Of a DNA stretch of 24,000 nt, positions 7,959 to 15,115 are shown piece after piece. The notes below the pieces were generated by a model. That model searched no databases, was not told where the DNA came from, and saw only the letters and a list, made by a program, of their open reading frames with translations. How positions within the stretch are numbered: position 1 is the first letter of the stretch; each line of letters begins with the position of its first letter. The DNA is from Nitrosopumilaceae archaeon (GTDB lineage Archaea; Thermoproteota; Nitrososphaeria; Nitrososphaerales; Nitrosopumilaceae): assembly GCA_040877295.1 (NCBI GenBank), contig JBBDOC010000035.1:4371-28370 (forward strand). The letters are read 5' to 3'. The translations under genes and the position numbers were made by a program.

Positions 7959-8027
7959 CTGTCCATTTTGGACTTTTTTCTATTTTTCATATTCTAAATT
8001 AAATACGATCTTTATCATCTGGTAAAA

Positions 8028-8036
8028 TTTTATATA
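8028..8036 (+). promoter_or_regulatory. amoA TATA-like box
   Basis: TTTTATATA is centred about 29 nt upstream of the amoA ATG (8061). Confidence 0.45.
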
Positions 8037-8060
8037 CTCACCATATCCTCAAAACCAGTA

Positions 8061-8711
8061 ATGGTCTGGCTAAGACGATGTACTCACTACTTATTCATAA
8101 TAGTGGTAGCAGTTAACTCAACCCTGTTGACAATCAACGCGGGTGACTACATCTTCTACACAGACTGGGCTTGGACATCGTTTGTCATATTCTCAATATC
8201 ACAAACGCTGATGCTCGCAGTAGGTGCATCATATTATCTAACCTTTACTGGAGTTCCAGGAACAGCAACGTACTACGCGCTAATTATGACAGTTTACACA
8301 TGGGTTGCAAAAGGTGCATGGTTTGCACTAGGATATCCATATGACTTTATCGTAACGCCAGTATGGCTACCATCAGCAATGTTGATGGACTTGGCATACT
8401 GGGCAACAAAGAAGAACAAGCATTCCTTGATCCTCTTTGGTGGAGTACTGTGTGGAATGTCATTGCCATTGTTCAACATGGTGAATCTAATTACTGTGGC
8501 AGACCCACTAGAAACGGCATTCAAATATCCAAGACCAACACTGCCTCCCTACATGACGCCAATAGAACCCCAAGTTGGAAAGTTCTATAACAGTCCGGTA
8601 GCTCTTGGTGCAGGTGCTGGTGCTGTATTGGCAGTAACGTTTACAGCTCTTGGTTGTAAACTGACAACGTGGACGTATAGATGGATGGCCGCATGGTCAA
8701 AGTGGGACTAA
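8061..8711 (+). CDS. amoA: Ammonia monooxygenase subunit A
   Basis: 216 aa (MVWLRRCTHYLFIIVVAVNSTLLTINAGDYIFYTDWAWTSF...TWTYRWMAAWSKWD). Length and sequence match Nitrosopumilus-type archaeal AmoA as I remember it. Confidence 0.97.
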   Translation: MVWLRRCTHYLFIIVVAVNSTLLTINAGDYIFYTDWAWTSFVIFSISQTLMLAVGASYYLTFTGVPGTATYYALIMTVYTWVAKGAWFALGYPYDFIVTPVWLPSAMLMDLAYWATKKNKHSLILFGGVLCGMSLPLFNMVNLITVADPLETAFKYPRPTLPPYMTPIEPQVGKFYNSPVALGAGAGAVLAVTFTALGCKLTTWTYRWMAAWSKWD

Positions 8712-8740
8712 ACCCAAAAACCTCTTTTACTTTATTTTAA
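8711..8740 (+). terminator. T-rich terminator after amoA
   Basis: AACCCAAAAACCTCTTTTACTTTATTTTAA follows the stop directly. The same AACCCAAAAA...TCTTTT layout recurs at 12753-12779. Confidence 0.4.
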
Positions 8741-8849
8741 TCTCAACCTAGATCTAGATTTGCCGCATTTTTTTGATTAAAAAATATTGCACAGGTTGTG
8801 ATCTTTTTTTCGCTCATTAACTAGAAGCCAAAATTGACACCATACCTTA

Positions 8850-9710
8850 TTGAAGCAGCAGTACAGCCAGCTATTCGCTACAAGCCCAAAACCTTTTGTA
8901 AAGTGGGCCGGGGGGAAAAGGCAGCTTATCTCATCATTAGAAAGACATCTTCCAAAAAAATTCAATACCTATTTTGAGCCGTTTCTTGGGGGGGGTGCCT
9001 TATTATTTCATCTCTTGAATCAAAGCCCAAATCTAAGATGCGGCATCTCGGATCTAAACTCTGATCTAATCTTAGCATACATTACAATACGAGACAAAGT
9101 AGAGCAGCTAATCGAATCACTTGAGAAACATTCAGGTAAATATTTTGCAGAGCAAAGAGAATACTATTATTCTGTAAGAGAGTCGGCGCCAAAAAACCAG
9201 ATAGAAAAGGTATCACGGCTTTTGTTTTTGAACAAGACCTGCTTTAATGGGCTGTACAGAGTAAACAGCAGAGGGGAATTTAATGTTCCGCTTGGAAGAT
9301 ACACAAACCCAAGTATAGTAAACAAGGAAAATCTCATATCAGTTTCTAAAATCTTGCAGTCAAAAAACATTGCAATAAGGTGTCAGGATTTTGCATCTGT
9401 TTTAGATGAGGCAAAAAAAGACGATTTTGTGTATTTTGATCCACCATACCAACCAGTCAGTAAAACTGCCAACTTTACAAGCTATACAAAGTGCGAGTTT
9501 ACCTACAACGATCTGGAGCGACTTGCCGATCTTTGCCAAAAACTGGACAAAAAAGACTGCAAGGTATTGTTATCAAATTCTAACACAAAAGAGGTAAAGA
9601 GTCTGTTCTTGTCTCATTGGAAAATTGTAGAAATTACAGCAAACCGCGCTATAAACTCGAACTCAAAAAAGAGAACAGGTCACTCTGAGCTTTTGATAAA
9701 AAACTACTAA
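8850..9710 (+). CDS. Dam-family (D12 class) N6-adenine DNA methyltransferase, orphan
   Basis: 286 aa with KWAGGKRQL, the SAM motif EPFLGGGA and the catalytic motif FVYFDPPY. The start is forced to TTG 8850: there is an in-frame stop at 8835-8837 and no ATG before the KWAGGK motif. No restriction-enzyme partner is adjacent. Confidence 0.85.
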   Translation: MKQQYSQLFATSPKPFVKWAGGKRQLISSLERHLPKKFNTYFEPFLGGGALLFHLLNQSPNLRCGISDLNSDLILAYITIRDKVEQLIESLEKHSGKYFAEQREYYYSVRESAPKNQIEKVSRLLFLNKTCFNGLYRVNSRGEFNVPLGRYTNPSIVNKENLISVSKILQSKNIAIRCQDFASVLDEAKKDDFVYFDPPYQPVSKTANFTSYTKCEFTYNDLERLADLCQKLDKKDCKVLLSNSNTKEVKSLFLSHWKIVEITANRAINSNSKKRTGHSELLIKNY

Positions 9711-9783
9711 GCTTCGAACGGGATTTGGACCCGTGACCTTTACCTTACCAAGGTAACGCTCTGCCAGGCTGAGCTATCGAAGC
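9710..9783 (-). tRNA. tRNA-Thr (anticodon GGU)
   Basis: The reverse complement folds as GCTTCGA-TA-GCTC-AGCCTGGCA-GAGC-G-TTACC-TTGGTAA-GGTAA-AGGTC-ACGGG-TCCAAAT-CCCGT-TCGAAGC. The T loop reads TCC instead of the usual TTC. Confidence 0.8.
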
Positions 9784-9879
9784 ATAAAGTTGGCTCCTCA
9801 GGTGTTCTTTATAATTTTGATTATGAAACAGCAAAAACACTAAACTGTTAAATTTCGCGCAAAATTTAGCAAGTTTTGT

Positions 9880-9998
9880 GGAGGGGTAGTCAAGCCTGGC
9901 CAAAGAAGCTAATGCTTTGGATACGCGAGACTTAAGATCTTAAAAAATGGGTGATCTCGTCTCTTAGGGGTTCGTGGGTTCAAATCCCACCTCCTCCA
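9880..9998 (+). tRNA. tRNA-Leu (anticodon UAA) with two introns (D arm about 9907-9923; canonical 37/38 about 9937-9953)
   Basis: Acceptor GGAGGGG/CTCCTCC (one G-U), discriminator A. The D arm is GTC-AAGCCTGGCCAAA-GA[17 nt]C. The anticodon arm is CGAGA-CTTAAG[17 nt]A-TCTCG. The long variable arm TCTCTTAGGGGTTC is typical of Leu, and the T arm is GTGGG-TTCAAAT-CCCAC. The gene is 119 nt and the spliced tRNA about 85 nt. A TATA-like GTTAAATTT lies about 27 nt upstream. Confidence 0.8.
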
Positions 9999-9999
9999 C

Positions 10000-10386
10000 T
10001 TATTTTGGATGTCTGATTCCCTTTGAGTTCAAAATTTCGTAAACATCAGGAAGTGAAAATACAAAACCAACATGGAAGCAGTTTTTTTCTTCACACAACT
10101 GGCAATAAAGCTCGCCTCGCTGAATTGTTACTTCAGCTATTCTATTTTTGATGTTGTCCTTTACAATAACTCGGTCATCATCAATTGAAACCTTTTCTAG
10201 TTTTGGAGCATATTTTGCAAAGGTCTTGTCCTTTTGCATTGTCTGCTCAAGCATGTATGTTATGTAGCCAGCAAAGCTGTTGACTCCCTTCATGACAAGT
10301 TCTTGTTTGTTTTTTTGGTAAATCTCGTAGTACCTGTCGTATACAGTGTCAGAAACAGTAATTGATTTGAAACCTTCTTTTGGCAT
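10000..10386 (-). CDS. Hypothetical protein, possible ribbon-helix-helix N-terminus plus Cys/His knuckle
   Basis: 128 aa. The N-terminal FKSITVSDTVYDRYYEIY resembles an RHH strand-helix. The C-terminal part carries CQLCEEKNCFH. I recognise no firm family. Confidence 0.45.
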   Translation of the reverse strand: MPKEGFKSITVSDTVYDRYYEIYQKNKQELVMKGVNSFAGYITYMLEQTMQKDKTFAKYAPKLEKVSIDDDRVIVKDNIKNRIAEVTIQRGELYCQLCEEKNCFHVGFVFSLPDVYEILNSKGIRHPK

Positions 10387-10460
10387 GGTACTTACCCGTT
10401 ACCGTACATTAAAGTACGCATTTATTTAACACTTCTTATTGACTTTCTGTCAAGCACACG

Positions 10461-10670
10461 TCAGCTTTTTTTCTTTTTTTTCAGTGCCATGATTATTCCG
10501 ATCATTGTACATGCCACAATAATTGCAATTATTCCCACTTGAGTTATGATCGAAGATGGCTTGAATGATTCCCTTGGCTCGATCATAAAATAATCAATAA
10601 ACAACGTAGCAGCTGCAAATCCAAACAGCGCAATAATTACTGCGGCCTTTACATTTGCCATATCAAGCAC
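10461..10670 (-). CDS. Small two-TM membrane protein with poly-Lys tail
   Basis: 69 aa with two hydrophobic helices, ending KKKKKS. Confidence 0.4.
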   Translation of the reverse strand: MLDMANVKAAVIIALFGFAAATLFIDYFMIEPRESFKPSSIITQVGIIAIIVACTMIGIIMALKKKKKS

Positions 10671-10810
10671 TTGATCTCATTGTTATAAAATAGGCTAGTA
10701 GAGGTTTTGTTAAGTTAAGGGTTTATTTTGTAATGTATTTTATGTGTTAGAAAAAGTAAGATTACTAATGGAATAATTAGATTTTATACGATCTTGTATT
10801 TGTACCAATT

Positions 10811-11710
10811 ATGGCAAGAGGCTACAAGGAAAGCGAGATCAGACAAAAACTAGTCGAGATCTTACAAGACTCAAAGACTGGGCTTTCTGGAGTAGAGATA
10901 TCAGAAAAACTTGGAATCAATAGAATGACTATCACAAAATACCTTAATGTCTTTGCAGCAGAAGGACTAGTCCAGCAAAAAAACATTGGAAATGTAAATT
11001 TGTGGTTTGTAGAAGAAGGAACAGAGCAGTTCAGTTTTCCAGAAGACTATTTCAAGGTAAAAACAAAGTATCTTGAAGCACTGATGAGTGCATCATCGCA
11101 CCAAGTCATTAATCTGATAAGAAACTGCATTTATTCTGGGGCAATCACACCAAAAATCATCACAGAGATTATAATTCCAGCAATTGATTCTATTGAGGAC
11201 CTTTACCAGCAAGGAAAAATTGGCAAGTCAGAGCAGAAATTTCTAAACTGGTTAATTTCGCAGTCAATTCAGATCACAAATGTAATCCACAGAGAGGAAA
11301 ATCCACAAAAAAATGTCATTTTGATTTCTGCTGACACAAAAAATATGCTGTATTCTGAGGCAGCATCTGTATCATTTCGTTTCAACGAGTGGAAGGTGTT
11401 CAATCTTGGTGACATGTCGGACGCAATTGATGTACTACTTGACTTGGATTTGCAAAAGTTGCTTGGCAAGGTATGGAAGCAAAAAAACAGCATCATGATA
11501 ATTGTAGTTTTTTCATCCTCAGAAGACGGCTTCAAGTTTTTCTCAGAAGCCATTAACGTCATAAAGGAAAAATCAGGCAAAAGACTGCATCTTGTCCTGT
11601 GTAGTAAATTGAAAAAAAAGACAACAGCAAAGGCAGACTTGGTAGCAGAAAAATTAGAAGATGTCCTGCAGTGGTCACAGACTGCCTACGAAAGTTTTGT
11701 AAAATCATAA
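10811..11710 (+). CDS. Winged-helix transcriptional regulator fused to a CarH-like B12-binding module (helical cap plus Rossmann-like domain), ligand motifs degenerate
   Basis: 299 aa. The N-terminal wHTH is LSGVEISEKLGINRMTITKYLNVFAAEGLV. The middle segment IIIPAIDSIEDLYQQGKIGKSEQKFLNW resembles the B12-binding_2 cap. The C-terminal NVILISADTKNMLYSEAASVSFRFNEWKVFNLG...IMIIVVFSS resembles the B12-binding Rossmann domain but lacks DxHxxG. The TATA-like GATTTTATACG is centred about 27 nt upstream of the ATG. Confidence 0.5.
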   Translation: MARGYKESEIRQKLVEILQDSKTGLSGVEISEKLGINRMTITKYLNVFAAEGLVQQKNIGNVNLWFVEEGTEQFSFPEDYFKVKTKYLEALMSASSHQVINLIRNCIYSGAITPKIITEIIIPAIDSIEDLYQQGKIGKSEQKFLNWLISQSIQITNVIHREENPQKNVILISADTKNMLYSEAASVSFRFNEWKVFNLGDMSDAIDVLLDLDLQKLLGKVWKQKNSIMIIVVFSSSEDGFKFFSEAINVIKEKSGKRLHLVLCSKLKKKTTAKADLVAEKLEDVLQWSQTAYESFVKS

Positions 11711-11712
11711 AG

Positions 11713-11801
11713 TGGGCCGAGTGAGATTCGAACTCACGACCTTTCGATGTCTGAATATGTTTTATCAGTCGAACGCTCCAGCCAAGCTGAGCTACCGGCC
11801 C
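11713..11801 (-). tRNA. tRNA-Ile (anticodon GAU) with a 14-nt canonical intron (plus 11749-11762)
   Basis: The reverse complement is GGGCCGG-TA-GCTC-AGCTTGGCTG-GAGC-G-TTCGA-CTGATA[AAACATATTCAGAC]A-TCGAA-AGGTC-GTGAG-TTCGAAT-CTCAC-TCGGCCC-A. Confidence 0.85.
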
Positions 11802-11826
11802 CGAAAAATTCTTAGATAGCAGTCAT

Positions 11827-12384
11827 TTAAGTTTGTTCTTTCCACTTGATTGAACAACCAATAGAAGGATCAAAATCTTTTTCAATTTTTTGTCCTGCAA
11901 GAAATTTCTCAATATTTTTTATCATGGTTTTTTCGGTAGCAACATCTTCTGGATTCATTGCATTGTCAATTCTTCCATGAAAGATTAGTTTTCGCTCCTT
12001 GTCAAATAGAAATGGATCCGGTGTACAAACTGCGCCATACCTTCTTGCTACCTCTTGAGTCTCGTCTACAAGATAGTCAAACTTGAGACCTTTTTCCTTT
12101 GCAATCACTTTCATGTTCTCAAAGCTGTCATCAGGATAGTTTGTTGGGTCATTGCTGTTTATTCCAATAACTGCAACTTTGCTCTTGAACTTTTCATAAA
12201 CCTCTTTGATTGCGTCTACTTTTGCCTTTACATATGGACAGTGGTTGCATATGAAAATCACCAAAATCCCTTCATAGTTTTTGTAGTCAGAAAGCGAGTG
12301 TCTTTTTCCGTCAACTCCCAGCAGATTAAAATCAGGAGCCTTGCTTCCTGCCTTTAACACAACTTCGGATTTTAACAGTACCAT
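11827..12384 (-). CDS. Thioredoxin-fold thiol-disulfide oxidoreductase / AhpC-TSA (redoxin) family protein
   Basis: KAPDFNLLGVDGKRHSLSDYKNYEGILVIFICNHCPYVKA carries a CxxC motif in a redoxin context. I place the start at ATG 12384 (MVLLKSE) rather than the track TTG 12393. A TATA-like element is centred about 28 nt upstream. Confidence 0.75.
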   Translation of the reverse strand: MVLLKSEVVLKAGSKAPDFNLLGVDGKRHSLSDYKNYEGILVIFICNHCPYVKAKVDAIKEVYEKFKSKVAVIGINSNDPTNYPDDSFENMKVIAKEKGLKFDYLVDETQEVARRYGAVCTPDPFLFDKERKLIFHGRIDNAMNPEDVATEKTMIKNIEKFLAGQKIEKDFDPSIGCSIKWKEQT

Positions 12385-12464
12385 TACAAACAAAACGACT
12401 CTAATTCAAATAAAATCTTTCTCAAGACAACAATTAAAATCCACACTACAATCAAAGCATGGGA

Positions 12465-12536
12465 GGGCTGATAGTTCAGTGGTAGAATGCCCGCCTTGCA
12501 CGCGGGAGGTCAGGGGTTCAAATCCCCTTCAGTCCA
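12465..12536 (+). tRNA. tRNA-Ala (anticodon UGC)
   Basis: GGGCTGA-TA-GTTC-AGTGGTA-GAAT-G-CCCGC-CTTGCAC-GCGGG-AGGTC-AGGGG-TTCAAAT-CCCCT-TCAGTCC-A. The G3:U70 alanine identity pair is present. Confidence 0.9.
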
Positions 12537-12643
12537 CTAATTTTTTGTTTAATCCAATTTTTGTATTTTTAATAAACCGCGATCATTTTTAAAATACGAA
12601 CAGCCGGTGGATTTAAATACCAAAAGTTGTCGTTGAAGATAAC

Positions 12644-12745
12644 ATGGGATATGAAGCATCTATAGCAGTCTGGATTCCTCTAATTGTAGGACTTGCACCC
12701 GGATTGGTATATTGGTTTGTCATTACCGGAATGAGAAAACGATAA
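12644..12745 (+). CDS. 33-aa single-TM hydrophobic peptide (not in the ORF track)
   Basis: The ATG at 12644 gives MGYEASIAVWIPLIVGLAPGLVYWFVITGMRKR, ending at TAA 12743-12745. The TATA-like TTTAAATA at 12612-12619 is centred about 28 nt upstream (leaderless geometry). An amoA-like terminator lies at 12753-12779. Confidence 0.5.
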   Translation: MGYEASIAVWIPLIVGLAPGLVYWFVITGMRKR

Positions 12746-12752
12746 AGGAATT

Positions 12753-12779
12753 AACCCAAAAAACATCTTTTTCTTCTTT
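12753..12779 (+). terminator. T-rich terminator after the 33-aa peptide gene
   Basis: AACCCAAAAAACATCTTTTTCTTCTTT shares the 10-mer AACCCAAAAA and the following C-N-TCTTTT with the amoA terminator. Confidence 0.35.
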
Positions 12780-12838
12780 AGGCTGAATCTATAGTAAAAC
12801 CTTCTAGTCTACCTTGTTGATATTATGATATACTGCAT

Positions 12839-13945
12839 ATGATTAATGGCTTTGTTCACAAAAAATTGATGTGGAAAATTACACTGGTAGTGCTTTTGGT
12901 ATTTGCCTTACTGCCAGTTAGTACGTCATATTCACAAGTTTTTGACAATGAATCACAATTAGGAATTAAACTTACAAACACACAGCCCTTTAGCTACAAA
13001 GACTCTGATGGAAAAACCGTAGTAATTGGTGAGCTAAAAAATACAAAAAACTTTCCAATTACTGGAGTAAAAGTTTGGGCAGGCTTTTACGATAACAACG
13101 GCAAGCTTTTAGAGTCAGCAATAGGAGCCCCTGTTCTTAGCGTAATTCCAGCACAAGGAACATCGCCCTTTATTATAAAATCAAATAATGCAAATCCGGC
13201 AATTACCAACATCTCAGTTAACCTTCTTGGGTTCAACTCTTCTCCAGTAAAGCAAGTCTTGCTGAAAATAGCACCAGATCCACTAAGGGTTGGAAACCAG
13301 GTTTCTCTTTCTGGCAAGATTACAAATACTGGCTCAGTAGATAGCGCAAATACAAAAATTCATTTTATTTCATATGACGCGTTCTATCCGCCAAGAATTG
13401 TTGGCGTTGAAACCATTCAGCTAAATCAAGCAATAAAGCCTGGGGCTTCTTCTGATTTTGAATTTACTACAGAATACAACACAAGGGCCTCTACCTTTAA
13501 GCTTGTTGCAGAATCAAACAACTACCTTTCAGCTTTGATAAATGTGGACAAGCTTGCACTTGAAATGCTTACAAGACTAGTTACAATAAATGATGTCTCA
13601 TTGTCTGATGTTGATGGAAACAAAATCCTTGCATCAGAGCTTTCTGTTGGAAAAGAAGTTGCAATACAAAGCAGTGCATGGATACAGTATGCAACAGATC
13701 AATCACTTACAAGTCAACCATATGTTTACTATGTTCAGATAAAGCAGGCAGGTGAGCGCCCACTAGTAGAGTTTATTGGAATGGCAGAAGGAGCATTTGT
13801 TGGTCCAACAAAACAGTTTCCTAAAGTAAGCTGGACACCACAAAGTGATGGACTATTTTACATTGAAACATACATCTGGGATGACACAAACCGAGCAATT
13901 GCCTCGCCAGGACCAATATCGCTGATACATGTAAAACCACAGTAA
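12839..13945 (+). CDS. Secreted/anchored beta-rich protein of unknown function (possibly CARDB-like beta-sandwich repeats)
   Basis: 368 aa with an N-terminal hydrophobic signal (MWKITLVVLLVFALLPVSTSYSQ). Segments such as VSLSGKITNTGSVDSANTKIHFISY resemble CARDB-type strands. The start may be ATG 12869 instead of 12839. Confidence 0.55.
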   Translation: MINGFVHKKLMWKITLVVLLVFALLPVSTSYSQVFDNESQLGIKLTNTQPFSYKDSDGKTVVIGELKNTKNFPITGVKVWAGFYDNNGKLLESAIGAPVLSVIPAQGTSPFIIKSNNANPAITNISVNLLGFNSSPVKQVLLKIAPDPLRVGNQVSLSGKITNTGSVDSANTKIHFISYDAFYPPRIVGVETIQLNQAIKPGASSDFEFTTEYNTRASTFKLVAESNNYLSALINVDKLALEMLTRLVTINDVSLSDVDGNKILASELSVGKEVAIQSSAWIQYATDQSLTSQPYVYYVQIKQAGERPLVEFIGMAEGAFVGPTKQFPKVSWTPQSDGLFYIETYIWDDTNRAIASPGPISLIHVKPQ

Positions 13946-13973
13946 ATTTATTTTCAAGCAAACAACAAAACCC

Positions 13974-14450
13974 ATGCCTCAATTCAAAACAGTCGCACTA
14001 GGTGGAACATTTGATATGATCCACAGAGGCCACATCGAGCTTCTAAGAAAAGCATTTTCAATCTCATCAAAAGTGATAATTGGACTAGCAAGCAATGAGC
14101 TTGCAATAAGAAAGGGAAAAAATCCAGTTAACAACTACTCAAGAAGACATACGTTACTAGTATCATCTATCTCAAAGCACTTTCCAAACACCTCATACGA
14201 AATCAGCAAACTTGTAAATGATTTTGGACCTGCAGCAATTGAAGGAAACGTTGAGGCACTTGTCACAAGCGAGGAGACAAGACACCAAGGAGATATACTA
14301 AATGATCTGCGAAAACAAAAGAAACTTCCTCCAGTAGCAGTAATAATTGTCCCAATGGTTATGGCGCAAGATGGAAAGCGAATCTCCTCAACTAGAATCA
14401 AAAACTTTGAGATTGATGCAGAAGGCAACTTGTCTCAAATTGACAACTAA
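13974..14450 (+). CDS. Archaeal phosphopantetheine adenylyltransferase (cytidylyltransferase fold)
   Basis: VALGGTFDMIHRGHIELLRKAF (the HxGH nucleotidyltransferase motif), ...VTSEETRHQGDILN... and ...ISSTRIKNFEID fit COG1019-type PPAT. Confidence 0.75.
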   Translation: MPQFKTVALGGTFDMIHRGHIELLRKAFSISSKVIIGLASNELAIRKGKNPVNNYSRRHTLLVSSISKHFPNTSYEISKLVNDFGPAAIEGNVEALVTSEETRHQGDILNDLRKQKKLPPVAVIIVPMVMAQDGKRISSTRIKNFEIDAEGNLSQIDN

Positions 14451-14521
14451 CTTGTCTATCTTTGAGCTAGTGGAATAAAACAAAAAACTTCAATCATAAA
14501 AAATTGAACCTAGCAAACGAA

Positions 14522-14833
14522 ATGCTAAGCAAGCTTGGAAGTGATATTACCAATCTAAAGGAAGGACTACAACCAGAAAACCTGGCATTTTGGTACAACA
14601 AAATTATTGCAGAAACAATTGATATGGCACCACCTTGGCTGCAAGACAAGATCAAGGTAAAGCAAGATCCCATTTTGCCAATGAAGTTTAATCTCGACAT
14701 TTCAAAACGCGCAGTAAGATACCTGATGATTGCAATTGACAACAACTTGGATGCAATGCCATACTCTACAAGACTGTATTTTCTTAAAGTTCAGGAAATA
14801 ATGTCAACTGAGATGGACAAGTCACTTATCTGA
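14522..14833 (+). CDS. Hypothetical protein
   Basis: The ORF is in the track from TTG 14504. I prefer ATG 14522 (MLSKLGSD...) because a TATA-like ATAAAAAATT is centred about 26 nt upstream. I recognise no family. Confidence 0.4.
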   Translation: MLSKLGSDITNLKEGLQPENLAFWYNKIIAETIDMAPPWLQDKIKVKQDPILPMKFNLDISKRAVRYLMIAIDNNLDAMPYSTRLYFLKVQEIMSTEMDKSLI

Positions 14834-15115
14834 TTATAGTTTTTCAATTTCTATCTCCTCATTGATTATTTCTGTGTGAGTTATCTTGTGCTGTTTTTCT
14901 ATAACAGACTGGATAAAGTCTGTAAAATCTTCAACCTGCCTCTGATCCTTTAAAAGTATGCTGTGGGCAGACTTGTCTTTTAGCCCAACAATGATTTCGT
15001 TTTCAATTACATCTAATACTTCGGTGATAAAGGTCTCGCTTCCATCTTTTATGAAAAGCAAACTTGCAAGTTTTCGTGCTTCGTATTTGTCAATACAGAG
15101 AAATTTTTTCTTCAT
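14834..15115 (-). CDS. Hypothetical 93-aa protein, translationally coupled to trpS
   Basis: Its ATG overlaps the trpS stop as TAATG. The protein is acidic and helical. I recognise no family. Confidence 0.45.
   Translation of the reverse strand: MKKKFLCIDKYEARKLASLLFIKDGSETFITEVLDVIENEIIVGLKDKSAHSILLKDQRQVEDFTDFIQSVIEKQHKITHTEIINEEIEIEKL

Noticed and set aside
8712-9783. Dam methyltransferase as cargo of an element integrated at tRNA-Thr
   Set aside because: I looked for a duplicated copy of the tRNA-Thr 3' segment (GCTTCGAACGGGATTTGG...) upstream of the gene and elsewhere in the window and saw none. No integrase or other mobile gene is present. Only the weaker claim of possible foreign origin based on codon choice is kept.
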